A stretch of 64,000 nucleotides of DNA from Candidatus Obscuribacterales bacterium (lineage in GTDB: Bacteria; Cyanobacteriota; Vampirovibrionia; Obscuribacterales; Obscuribacteraceae), in contig JAIERK010000130.1 of the NCBI GenBank assembly GCA_019746975.1, positions 907 to 64,906 on the forward strand, read 5' to 3'. The translations under genes were made by a program, and so were the position numbers. Position 1 is the stretch's first letter. Each line of letters opens with the position of its first letter. The notes beneath the pieces are model-generated. The model saw only the letters and a list, made by a program, of their open reading frames with translations, made no database searches and was not told the DNA's origin. Of the stretch, positions 1 through 8,885 are shown piece after piece.

Positions 1-503
1 TTCGGACCGATCTGTGGGAAAAAGTCGGCGGCACGCAGTATGGGGCCTGAGATCAAGTGAGGAAAAAATGCGATGAATAGGCTCGTGTTTCTGATGTGTT
101 GGAAAATTCGAGTGCTTAGAAATTTTCCTTTTACACTATCGACAGTCAGACTAATTCCTTCAAAGCAATAAAACGAGATACCGATTGGTAGCGTTGTACT
201 GATCATGTACAACAGCCCGCTGGTTGGGATTTCGATGCTCTTGTCGAAATCTTTGACAGTGAGGACAATCAAGATCGCATACTTGCAGGCGCAGAGAACG
301 AGCGTGTTGAATACGACTCCAGCAAGGAGAAGAATTCGCTTGCGGTCGACTTTGGCAGTTGTCGACAAGGCGAAGTAACTGACAAGCGCGTTGACCGTAA
401 TCGACGCTCCCAAGAGTGCCGTGTAGCCGCCTCCTCCACGCCAATAGAAGTAAATGCTGGCAGCAACTAATGTGAGAATTTGAAAACGTCGCGTGAATGG
501 CAT
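1..503 (-). CDS. MBOAT-family membrane O-acyltransferase (AlgI/DltB-like), N-terminal part; gene runs off the left edge
   Basis: Absent from the supplied ORF track because it is open at the window edge. Reverse-strand translation from ATG (complement of 501-503) reads MPFTRRFQILTLVAASIYFYWRGGGGYTALLGASITVNALVSYFAL...TLPIGISFYCFEGISLTVDSVKGKF...LFIAFFPHLISGPILRAADFFPQIGP with no stop down to position 1. The PIGISFY.F..IS..VD and FFP.L.(A/S)GPI.RA..F motifs are N-terminal signatures I recall from AlgI/DltB MBOATs. Confidence 0.75.
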   Translation of the reverse strand, partial: MPFTRRFQILTLVAASIYFYWRGGGGYTALLGASITVNALVSYFALSTTAKVDRKRILLLAGVVFNTLVLCACKYAILIVLTVKDFDKSIEIPTSGLLYMISTTLPIGISFYCFEGISLTVDSVKGKFLSTRIFQHIRNTSLFIAFFPHLISGPILRAADFFPQIGP

Positions 504-814
504 GTAGTTACATGCAAAGACGGCGGCAAAAAATATTAGAAACTCAAATGAGTTGAATAGCACAAGACGTACCGGTTCCAAATCGCCGCATCGCAATTCT
601 CGCAAACCGAATTGTGCGAGTCAAATCTGCGCCGGGAACTATGATTTCTCTCCGAAGGTGGACAGTGTATGGCCTAACATTGATGTCATATTAAAACTGA
701 GTATCGGTAAGTCACATATTGGCTGTGAATTCTTTTCTCCACAATCTGATCAATGAGTGGACTATCGTTTTTCGCCCGGGCGAATGGATCGCTGCTTGCA
801 AGGACCTGAGGCAA

Positions 815-1663
815 ATGAATCGAAAAAGGTATTTGCTAAGTCTGAAACTTGTTGTGCCGACGTTGATCATTTATTACGTTCCCCTTTGTCCAATTGTCGC
901 AATGCCGGTTTATAACTTGATGTTGTTCCATCCGATAATGAGTGGAGAGTTTTCCTCCCGCGAGATCGTCGGAACGCCGATTGAAAACGAATTTTTCGAG
1001 AGCAAAAATGGCCAACTGCTTCACGCCTGGTATTTGAGAAAAAAGGAGTCGAAGTATGTGGTTCTGGTCAGTCATGGCAATGCCGGAAATCTGACGCATA
1101 GAATTGCTCTCATCGCCACCTTGTTGAACTGTGGGGTCTCCGTCCTCATCTACGATTATCAAGGGTATGGTAGAAGTGAAGGCAGTCCGTCGCTGGAAGG
1201 GATCTGCGAGGATGGTGAAGCTGCCTGTCAGTGGCTTATCGACAAGAAAGAATACAAAGGCAACCAAATTATCGTCATGGGGGAGTCGCTAGGAACAGGT
1301 GTCTCATGCCGGCTTGCCCAACATAGGAATCTAGGCGGAATAATTCTGCAATCGCCGTTCTCATCACTTTGTGATTTAGCGAAGCAAAAAATTTTCTGGC
1401 TGAATCAATATCCGTGCTGGTTGTTTCCACTGGAACTCGATAACGAACATGTGTTAACCCTCTCACATGCGCCACTCCTGATTGTCCACGGAAAGCAAGA
1501 TAGACTGATTTCGTTTTCCCATGCAGCGAAGATATTTGCGGCTGCGGTTAACCCGAAGTCTCTGTTGGAGCTTCCGGATGCTGGCCACAACGACATCTAC
1601 GACATAAATTATGAGTTGTATTTCAAAGGACTTCAGAAGTTTCTGCGGGATCTTCCCGATTGA
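815..1663 (+). CDS. alpha/beta-fold hydrolase (BEM46/ABHD13-like serine hydrolase), membrane-anchored
   Basis: ORF 719-1663. The ATG at 815, preceded by GAGG, is the likelier start. It has an N-terminal hydrophobic stretch (LVVPTLIIYYVPLCPIVAMPV). The triad elements are VLVSHGNAGN (oxyanion HG), GESLG (nucleophile elbow), HGKQD and AGHND. Confidence 0.8.
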   Translation: MNRKRYLLSLKLVVPTLIIYYVPLCPIVAMPVYNLMLFHPIMSGEFSSREIVGTPIENEFFESKNGQLLHAWYLRKKESKYVVLVSHGNAGNLTHRIALIATLLNCGVSVLIYDYQGYGRSEGSPSLEGICEDGEAACQWLIDKKEYKGNQIIVMGESLGTGVSCRLAQHRNLGGIILQSPFSSLCDLAKQKIFWLNQYPCWLFPLELDNEHVLTLSHAPLLIVHGKQDRLISFSHAAKIFAAAVNPKSLLELPDAGHNDIYDINYELYFKGLQKFLRDLPD

Positions 1664-1682
1664 GTGTCAATCGCTTGGAGTT

Positions 1683-3224
1683 TCAATCTATGGACTTACC
1701 TAAAACCAACATGTCAGTGAAGTCGTTGTATGGTCGAGTCATGCAACCCTCATTAGCGTATCCAGCTTGCTTGAAGGCTTTGTACACGTGGAGGAAATCA
1801 TCAGATACGTGTGTGTAGAATCGTCGAATAGGAAAGCTACTTGTCGCCAATAGAGCATTCTCGACCTGCCGGAGCATCCTGCTAATACTCTCCTGATGGG
1901 ACGACTGGGACAAGAATATCATTTTTGCTCCACCCCCACGTTTCACAAGGCAGAGTGCAAGTGCCGTCAGTTTATCGCCAGAATAGCCGGCGAAAGCGTA
2001 TCGCGGCTTAAAGCTTGATCCTTCGCCATGTAAGCTTGCTACTGATTCGGCTATCTGTTTGTTCGCCCAGCCCTGTGGCATCTGGCGATAAACAAGCGGG
2101 AATTGTCGGTCGAGGAATTCGACAATACGGTCGTCTGTGCTTTGCACCAGATCAACCCTATCGATCGGCTGCTCGAGGAACGCAACCGCTGGTGGTGCCT
2201 CTTGCCGCGACGTGAATGATTTTGACATGGCCAGTTCGTCGTGACCTTCGTGATACTGACGTGCCATCTGTGCTTCTATTCGGTATCCCAAACCGAGAAA
2301 TATATTGATCACGGCCTTGTTGGTCGTGGAGACCGTGAAATATGCATTGCGGTACCCCGCCTGACAGAGCGCTTCTGTAAGTACGGGAAACAGTGCCGTA
2401 CCAACGCCCTTTCCGATCCACTTATCATCCAATGCGGTCGGGCCGATTTTGACTGAACCACCGGCTTTCTCTGTGATGGAGGTAAACCCGACCATCTCAC
2501 CGTTTTGTCTCACACTAAAGTGAAACTTTCGTTGGGTCAGAATTCCTTCAGCGTCCACTCCAGCTTCATATATACCGATTAGTTTGCGAGCATAATCAGA
2601 ACCAGTTTCGCGATAATACCGGGAGATATGCCTATCGACGAGGTCGATGAATAGCGGATAATCAGCTTTCTCTAATAACGCCAATTGAATCGAATTGTTT
2701 GCAGAAAGTATGCTTGCCTTAAACGCATCTGTGTCCAGGGCTGCGCTTAGCCGAACAAATTTATCCAGGTAACTGAAACTCTGTGGTGGATGCCACTCCG
2801 GCTCCATGTTCTGAATATTCGAGAGTGTTATCGGATGTTCGTAGCGCACTGCGTGTTGAATGAAGAATGCGTGACCAACTTCATGTCCATCGAAGTACGC
2901 GTTAAACTCCTCCTGGTTGACACCCGAGAGCTGACCAGTCTTGGACCAGAGCTCGTCAGGCTCGGCGGTACAAACACCGTCTATGACCAGGTGACCTGTT
3001 ATTGCGCTTGCCGGTGCGGTCTCGTAGAGATAAACCCGGCGAGGTAGTCTCTTCGGAAGAGTGGTGCGCAGTTCTACACGCTTCGTCCCTTCAAAGAGCA
3101 TGCCACCATATTCAGTTTTTATGGCTAATACTAAATTCGCGTTGTGAGTCGCGGTTTCTTTAACGACTTCAACTGTGGAGGAAGCATGGCGATGTTTGCG
3201 CCTCGACCGAACGGATGCAATCAT
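1683..3224 (-). CDS. ASCH domain - GNAT acetyltransferase - second GNAT-like domain fusion protein
   Basis: The N-terminus LAIKTEYGGMLFEGTKRVELRTTLPKR...VYLYETAPASAITG fits the ASCH/PUA-like signature. The middle domain carries the GNAT acetyl-CoA motif (WIGKGVGTALF...GYRNAYFTV...GLGYRIEA). The C-terminal third looks like a second, degenerate GNAT (LALCLVKRGGGAKMIFL...AFKQAGYANEG). Confidence 0.7.
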   Translation of the reverse strand: MIASVRSRRKHRHASSTVEVVKETATHNANLVLAIKTEYGGMLFEGTKRVELRTTLPKRLPRRVYLYETAPASAITGHLVIDGVCTAEPDELWSKTGQLSGVNQEEFNAYFDGHEVGHAFFIQHAVRYEHPITLSNIQNMEPEWHPPQSFSYLDKFVRLSAALDTDAFKASILSANNSIQLALLEKADYPLFIDLVDRHISRYYRETGSDYARKLIGIYEAGVDAEGILTQRKFHFSVRQNGEMVGFTSITEKAGGSVKIGPTALDDKWIGKGVGTALFPVLTEALCQAGYRNAYFTVSTTNKAVINIFLGLGYRIEAQMARQYHEGHDELAMSKSFTSRQEAPPAVAFLEQPIDRVDLVQSTDDRIVEFLDRQFPLVYRQMPQGWANKQIAESVASLHGEGSSFKPRYAFAGYSGDKLTALALCLVKRGGGAKMIFLSQSSHQESISRMLRQVENALLATSSFPIRRFYTHVSDDFLHVYKAFKQAGYANEGCMTRPYNDFTDMLVLGKSID

Positions 3225-3232
3225 GGCGACTC

Positions 3233-3634
3233 CTAGCTGCGTGAGTTGGATGCAGATGTTTGCTTTACTGCTTCTGGACTATCTGTCACAGGTCGAGGGT
3301 ACTTTGATGCATTTTTTTCGAGTTTGCTCTTAACGGAGCTGGTGATGTCGATGTTCAACACATTGGCGAGGGAAATGAGATAGAGAAGTACATCCGACAT
3401 CTCATCTGCGATTTTGACCCGAAGTTCTTCGTCGGAAAGGCTCAGTCTCTGTGCATCCTCAACAGTCAACCATTGAAACAGCTCCAAAAGCTCGGCTGCT
3501 TCGATTGCAACGCTGGAAGCCAGATTTTTCGATGTGTGATACTGCTCCCAGTCTCGGTCCCGGACGAACGTTTTCATCTGTTCCTTAAGATATTGAACTG
3601 TTGTGGTCTGATCGCTCTGCATGGGAGACCTCAT
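3233..3634 (-). CDS. MazG-like nucleoside triphosphate pyrophosphohydrolase (DCTPP1/YpjD-type all-alpha NTP-PPase)
   Basis: The 133 aa sequence LKEQMKTFVRDRDWEQYHTSKNLASSVAIEAAELLELFQW...KIADEMSDVLLYLISLANVLNIDI matches the E..E / E..D metal-binding helices of small MazG-type enzymes. It ends 8 nt upstream of the ASCH-GNAT gene on the same strand. Confidence 0.75.
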   Translation of the reverse strand: MRSPMQSDQTTTVQYLKEQMKTFVRDRDWEQYHTSKNLASSVAIEAAELLELFQWLTVEDAQRLSLSDEELRVKIADEMSDVLLYLISLANVLNIDITSSVKSKLEKNASKYPRPVTDSPEAVKQTSASNSRS

Positions 3635-4109
3635 TCCAAGGGGGTTCGGCTAGGATAAGCGACAGTCCGTTTGTTGCCAAGTGGATTTCTACTTATGTAA
3701 CCGAATAGTCTGTGCCGAGGAAATGGAGACGGTGTTTTGCATCGTCTGAAACTTCCAAACCAGAAGATTTTCACGCCAGCGGCAATGATTTTTCCAAGTC
3801 GGAAGCAATGATTAGCCTGGCTACTACTTTTTCTCGAGAATTGAGTCAAACTGAGAAGCCTCGCTACTCATTGACATCATTTAGAAGTGAGGCTCATCAA
3901 ATTCGCCCACTTTTTGTTTTTTTTTGAGTAGCCTCGCTAATATCCCTTTTGTTTGGTGCGCTTGACTACCAGGGCAGACCATTCCATGCGTCCTATTTAG
4001 ACGCGGTGTTACGATTGAGGACCTCTACCACCGGCGATTGATTTTTGACCGAATGCGATTATGTTGTCTGGTTGAATGTCATCATTAGCGTCTTTCCGAC
4101 GGCTTCAAT

Positions 4110-4451
4110 CTAGCTTCCGCGATAGGTTGAATAGCCGAAGGGGCTTAACAATAGAGGCACATGAAAGTGTTGGTCGGGATCTTCCACTTCAAACGTGACC
4201 GGCACGTTGGGGTAAAAGCACTTGATGCCGTCTGCCCCGAAGTAAGTTTGGGTATCAAAATAAAGTCGATAAATACCACTTTCCAGGACATGTCCGGAAG
4301 GCACGAGGTCGGTACACCGCCCGTCTCTATTGGTGATACTGTTGCCCAGTTCTTTCCAACCATCTTCAGTCAGATACTCGAGGATCACGATCACGCCTCG
4401 TCCGGGCAGACCTTTGCTGGTATCTAACACGTGGGTTGTAATTCCGCTCAT
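4110..4451 (-). CDS. uraH: 5-hydroxyisourate hydrolase (transthyretin-like)
   Basis: 113 aa. It starts THVLDTSKGLPGRGV and ends with the diagnostic C-terminal YRGS tetrapeptide. It sits in the uricolysis cluster. Confidence 0.9.
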   Translation of the reverse strand: MSGITTHVLDTSKGLPGRGVIVILEYLTEDGWKELGNSITNRDGRCTDLVPSGHVLESGIYRLYFDTQTYFGADGIKCFYPNVPVTFEVEDPDQHFHVPLLLSPFGYSTYRGS

Positions 4452-4480
4452 TGATGCTCCTGATGTTCGTCTAGACTAAC

Positions 4481-5002
4481 TTAAAGCTTCTGCAAGCGCA
4501 GGCGGGTAATCTTTTCTTGCTCCAAAGCAGCGATTTTCAATTCTGCTTCCGGCGAGTTGCCGAGTCGTAGCTCAAGCAACTCAAGCATTTCGGAGGCAGA
4601 CTTTCCCGTTGCACAAACGATAAAAATGAATCCGAAAGTCTCCTCATATTTTTTATTGCCTGTCGAGAGTCTCTCCAGGACTTCCTGCGATGTGCCATTT
4701 ACTCCGGATTGCTCGCTCTTCGCCCAGTCCTTCGTGTCGCCGTACTTCTTGCGGAGACTGTCGACATCACCAATCTTGGGATGCGCTGCGAAGGCATCTA
4801 ACCAGTCGGAGCGATCGAGTTTGGCAAATGTCTTCGTTATTTCTCCATCCAGACTGTCTTCGTTCTTAAATGGTCGGGATGCCAGCATAAGCTCGGCCCA
4901 TCTTCGACTACCGCAGCACTTGAGCAATGCTTCAAGTGCGTTTTGTTCGTCAAGCTGATTTAGTAGATCGACCTTCATATTGGTTTTCGACTGCAGGCTC
5001 AT
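4481..5002 (-). CDS. uraD: 2-oxo-4-hydroxy-4-carboxy-5-ureidoimidazoline (OHCU) decarboxylase
   Basis: 173 aa with the AFAAHPKIGD motif, and the size and context typical of OHCU decarboxylase. It lies between HIU hydrolase and allantoicase. Confidence 0.85.
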   Translation of the reverse strand: MSLQSKTNMKVDLLNQLDEQNALEALLKCCGSRRWAELMLASRPFKNEDSLDGEITKTFAKLDRSDWLDAFAAHPKIGDVDSLRKKYGDTKDWAKSEQSGVNGTSQEVLERLSTGNKKYEETFGFIFIVCATGKSASEMLELLELRLGNSPEAELKIAALEQEKITRLRLQKL

Positions 5003-5050
5003 ATATCTCTAATTCCGTTTACGCAGTGCACTGAATCTGGTGGCAATTAA

Positions 5051-6130
5051 TCATCTGCCAGCTCGCTGGATAGACTTGAGTTCGTTGTTCGTTTCGTTCG
5101 TCAATTCGGACATCGGAACGATGTGTCCCCAGGTTCTAAATCTGCTCACTCCGCCGTCAGGAACGATGCTCAGACGAATGTGCGTCCAAGGTCCGTCATG
5201 AACGAGTTCTTGTTCGAAGAAGTGTCTATGATCGGCTTGCAACTTTGTTTTATGAAGGATGCTGGTCCACTGAAAATCGCCTGCAGTCAGCGTATCAACG
5301 TGTTGACCGGGGGCATAGAGCCCATCGATGAAGCATGAGTCAGGGAAATTGCCTTTGTAGTGGTTGGTATCAACTTCTATTTTGCGTAACTTTCCTGCCT
5401 GGGCCAGCCTTACTACAGCCCAATCGTGACCGGGAAGATCGCGTCTGCGCCTTGTTTCCCAACCATCGCCCATGTTTTCGCCTCTTCCTGGCATAATCAT
5501 GTTGTTTTTATTGCCGAAAAACATGTCGTTGCACGCTACAACCAATCCACCATTTTCGGCTGCGGCCAGGTCGACAAGCTCGTCTTCTGTAACGGTCTGC
5601 CAGTTTTTGTAAGCAAATCCGAAAACCTTCAATCTAGCTACGCCACCGTCAGGATAAATATTCAAACGCAAGTGCGTCCAGGGAACTGAGCTAGTCATCG
5701 CGTAGATATTTTGAGATCCTTGCTTCAACGGCGATTTCGGTAAAATCTCAGTCCAGTCAGCTTCACGCAGTTGTTGGTCGGTGGCGTCGGCCTCCAGGTA
5801 GAGTGCTTCTATCGACGCGTACGGTGGGTGATTGCCGAGAAAATGATTGGTGTCTATATCGACACCATGAATGATACCAGGCGTTCCCAACTTGATGATG
5901 CACCAGTCATGTCCGGCAACTCGCTTTCTGCGAGTCTCCCAACCGTCCATCCATTTGCCGCGCTCGGTATATTTGTCCGGAATGAAAATGCCACGTCCCG
6001 GCTTGATCAGATTTTCTTTTTCTGCGAAGAAATCGTCGCTTGCCTGGAGCACCTTACCGCCGAATTTTTCTGAGGCAAGGTCTATGAAGCCGCTAAAGAC
6101 TGCAGCATCTAGATTGAATCCGCGTTCCAT
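5051..6130 (-). CDS. alc: allantoicase
   Basis: Two internal allantoicase repeats are present, each with (M)DGWETRR(K/R)R...GHDW..(I/V)(K/R)L...G. The start overlaps the allantoinase stop (TAATG). Confidence 0.9.
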   Translation of the reverse strand: MERGFNLDAAVFSGFIDLASEKFGGKVLQASDDFFAEKENLIKPGRGIFIPDKYTERGKWMDGWETRRKRVAGHDWCIIKLGTPGIIHGVDIDTNHFLGNHPPYASIEALYLEADATDQQLREADWTEILPKSPLKQGSQNIYAMTSSVPWTHLRLNIYPDGGVARLKVFGFAYKNWQTVTEDELVDLAAAENGGLVVACNDMFFGNKNNMIMPGRGENMGDGWETRRRRDLPGHDWAVVRLAQAGKLRKIEVDTNHYKGNFPDSCFIDGLYAPGQHVDTLTAGDFQWTSILHKTKLQADHRHFFEQELVHDGPWTHIRLSIVPDGGVSRFRTWGHIVPMSELTNETNNELKSIQRAGR

Positions 6131-7539
6131 TATTTGCTCACCTCTACACGTTGTTGAAGTAACATGCGCCCGACAGCACCGTTGGACAGAGCTCCGGTTT
6201 TATACACTAGTTGTCCTCGAACATATGTCGCCTCGACATTTCCACGGAGGTCCATGCCATCGTAAGGCGTGACTTTGTGGCGATGTTGGATAATCGCTGC
6301 TTCAATTCTGGTCTCTGTTTCTGGATTCCAGACTACGAAATCGGCATCAAAACCTTTTGCGATTCTGCCTTTACGGTCGGATAGACCGAGAAGCTCTGCC
6401 GGATTCTTGCTGAGCCAAGTTGTTACCTGCTGAATTGTTGCGCCTCGGCGTGATGCTTGCGACCAGACTGCCGGTAGGACGAATTGCATAGATGAGATGC
6501 CTCCCCATGCTTTCTGCAGATTGCCCTCATTCAAAAACTTGAGAGAAGGTGTGCATGGCGAGTGATCTGAGACGATGAAGTCTATAGTCCCATCCATTAC
6601 AGCGTCCCAGAGTTTTTCGCGATTTTCACTTTCGCGAATCGGTGGTGCGCACTTGAAGCGCGGATCGCCGTCCGTGATCTCTTCTGCGGCGAAGGTCAAG
6701 TAGTGTGGGCAGGTCTCGACGGTGAACGGCAGACCTTTCGCTTTGGCTGCCTGAATCGAAGGTATGGCCTCAGAGGAGGAGAGGTGGACGATATGTACGG
6801 GACAGTTATGCTGTTCGCACAGTCGGATCATCAGGTCGATAGCGTCATTTTCCCAACGTCTCGGTCGCGAGTTGAGAAAGGCTCGGTATGAAGATGCTCG
6901 GTCGCTCCAATCTTCCGGATGTGAGTCAGCGCATTCGAGCTCTGCGTGCACCAGAAGTGGAACACGGTGTTTCGCGAGAATCGGCATGGCAACATGCAGA
7001 TCGTCTTCGGTTACATTGGGAAAATCATCGATGCCTGAATGGATGAGAAAACATTTGAATCCCTTTACACCCATTGCAATCAGCGGCTCCAGTGAATCCT
7101 GGTTGCCTGGAATCACTCCGCCCCAGAAAGCGCAATCGACTTCGAGCTTACTTTGTGCCGCCTCCAATTTTTCTTCCAGAGCCTTCGGCGTGGTAGTCAC
7201 CGGATTGGAGTTGAGCGGCATATCCGTGATGGTCGTGGTTCCACCCGCTGCAGCTGCTTTGGTGCCGGTTTCAAAACCTTCCCATTCGGTGCGTCCCGGT
7301 TCGTTAAGATGGACGTGACAGTCGACCAGACCTGGCATCACGACAGAATCTCCAACGTCGTGAATCTCAAATCCAAAGCGCTCTTCGCTAATTGATAGAT
7401 CCGCGATCTTTCCATCTTCGACGATCACACAGAGTCTCTGTATGCCCTCCGGTGTCACAACACGATTGCTTCGAATGCCGAAAGTTTTTTCCGAATTCAT
7501 TACTACCGACCCACTAGTTTTTGTCCGCTCAAGCGACAT
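6130..7539 (-). CDS. allB: allantoinase (cyclic amidohydrolase)
   Basis: The sequence PGLVDCHVHLNEPGRTEWEGFETGTKAAAAGGTTT supplies the HxH metal site, and KGFKCFL supplies the carbamylated-Lys region. Length is 469 aa. An alternative start at the internal MNSEK is possible. Confidence 0.9.
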   Translation of the reverse strand: MSLERTKTSGSVVMNSEKTFGIRSNRVVTPEGIQRLCVIVEDGKIADLSISEERFGFEIHDVGDSVVMPGLVDCHVHLNEPGRTEWEGFETGTKAAAAGGTTTITDMPLNSNPVTTTPKALEEKLEAAQSKLEVDCAFWGGVIPGNQDSLEPLIAMGVKGFKCFLIHSGIDDFPNVTEDDLHVAMPILAKHRVPLLVHAELECADSHPEDWSDRASSYRAFLNSRPRRWENDAIDLMIRLCEQHNCPVHIVHLSSSEAIPSIQAAKAKGLPFTVETCPHYLTFAAEEITDGDPRFKCAPPIRESENREKLWDAVMDGTIDFIVSDHSPCTPSLKFLNEGNLQKAWGGISSMQFVLPAVWSQASRRGATIQQVTTWLSKNPAELLGLSDRKGRIAKGFDADFVVWNPETETRIEAAIIQHRHKVTPYDGMDLRGNVEATYVRGQLVYKTGALSNGAVGRMLLQQRVEVSK

Positions 7540-7673
7540 ACGCAGCTCTTCTCATTTACGTTGAGCCTCGTATATGTGCGCAATAATTGTCTCATATGCA
7601 ACGGGTGGCGTTTCTGACCGATCAAATAAGCGTATTCTCATCGTTATCTGCATGACAAGCGCACCATTTGAAA

Positions 7674-7704
7674 ACTCTGGCGATATCGACCAGAGGTCGT
7701 ATAA
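7674..7704 (+). promoter_or_regulatory. 21-bp imperfect palindrome (CTCTGG-cgatatcga-CCAGAG) abutting a TATAAT box in the allantoinase/uricase divergent region; candidate operator plus -10
   Basis: Read directly: 7674-7694 is ctctggcgatatcgaccagag, with 6-bp arms and the internal palindrome cgatatcg. TATAAT sits at 7699-7704. No convincing -35 is present. Confidence 0.35.
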
Positions 7705-7736
7705 TCATGGACCCAATAAGTTTTAGGGTAGGACCA

Positions 7737-8624
7737 ATGACACGGCAGGACGGCGGCGGAATAACAGCGGAGAAGCAACCAGTGAACGAGATGACGCACA
7801 ATGCCTATGGCAAATCAAGAGTACGGCTTACCAAAGTTACTCGCGAGAAGGATCAGCACGTTCTTCACGAAGTCGTGGTCTCCATTCAGCTTGAAGGCAA
7901 GTTCGAACGTTCGTACACGCATGGCGACAATGCCGAAGTCGTCGCTACTGATTCAATGAAGAACACTGTCTACGTATTGGCAGCCGAAAACAAGCTCGTC
8001 GACATCGAGTCGTTTGGAAAGACTTTGGCTAAGCACTTCTTGGATACATACCCGAGCATTTCCATCTGCACGATCGAACTCGAGGAAGAGCTATGGCATC
8101 GCATCGATGTAAATGGAAAGCCGCACCCGAATTCATTCTATGGGGCGGGTAATGAGAAGCACGTCGCTGTTGTGAAGGCGACCAGAGAGTCGTTGGAGGT
8201 CACGTCGGGGATTGTTGGTTTGAAGTTGGTTAAAACAACGGCTTCCGAATTTTGGGGTTTCGTGCGAGATCGCTATACAACCCTTGCTGAAGTCAAGGAT
8301 CGGATCTTTGGAACCAGTGTCGAGGCTCACTGGACTTACAACGATGACAATGCGGCCTACCAAAAGGCCTATGAGCAGGTTCGCTCAATAGTGCTTGAGG
8401 TGTTTGCCCAGCATCACAGCCTGGCTGTGCAGCACACCTTGCACGATATCGGGCAGATCGCGTTGGAACGGATCAAGACCGTGCAAGAGATAACGATTAC
8501 GATGCCTAACGAGCATCGCATACCGTTCAATCTTGAACCGTTCGGTTTGGAAAACAGGGATGAGGTCTTCATCGCAACTTCAGAACCTTATGGACTGATT
8601 ACTGGAACAGTAACACGACCTTAG
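7737..8624 (+). CDS. uox: factor-independent urate oxidase (uricase)
   Basis: The ORF is open from 7668 (TTG). The ATG at 7737 has GGGTAGGA just upstream and lies downstream of a TATAAT box; the ATG at 7791 is also possible. Motifs are YGKSRVRLTKV, ATDSMKNTVY and the uricase signature-like VGLKLVKTTASEFWGF. Confidence 0.85.
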   Translation: MTRQDGGGITAEKQPVNEMTHNAYGKSRVRLTKVTREKDQHVLHEVVVSIQLEGKFERSYTHGDNAEVVATDSMKNTVYVLAAENKLVDIESFGKTLAKHFLDTYPSISICTIELEEELWHRIDVNGKPHPNSFYGAGNEKHVAVVKATRESLEVTSGIVGLKLVKTTASEFWGFVRDRYTTLAEVKDRIFGTSVEAHWTYNDDNAAYQKAYEQVRSIVLEVFAQHHSLAVQHTLHDIGQIALERIKTVQEITITMPNEHRIPFNLEPFGLENRDEVFIATSEPYGLITGTVTRP

Positions 8625-8885
8625 GCAGCAACTTAGCGATACCGCTCATCCAGGTTTGGTTGGCTGTTTCCGTGACTTCGATTTAAGAACAGGTCCCAGC
8701 TCTCTTGTGCGTTTTTGCTCGAACTGGTGTGATGAATTATTCCTCGGACGCAGACCGAATTGGGCTTCAGCTCCTCGCGCGAAGGGGCATTCGCGTCAAG
8801 ACGGCGCAAATAATAGGTTCCACATCTTCGATTCAAAATTCGACTCTCTAAGGCTGTTGCTCAAAGAGTTACAACGAGGCAGCAG

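Noticed and set aside
1-18. TTCGGACCGATC at the window start resembles the intergenic TTCGGAC/TGACC repeat family
   Set aside because: It lies inside the MBOAT coding frame (codons for PQIGP) and is most simply a chance match.
160-466. Track ORFs 160-444 and 269-466 on the minus strand
   Set aside because: The remaining minus-strand frame reads as an MBOAT N-terminus without stops from 503 to the window edge. The two listed ORFs are overlapping out-of-frame artefacts.
3635-4109. 475-bp gap between the MazG and HIU hydrolase genes, with two ~70 aa ORFs, a T-run (3915-3926) and a small hairpin (gcgtc-N7-gacgc)
   Set aside because: The ORFs lack an RBS or motifs and have poor composition. I found no tRNA-like or riboswitch-like consensus and no convincing terminator geometry on the relevant (minus) strand.
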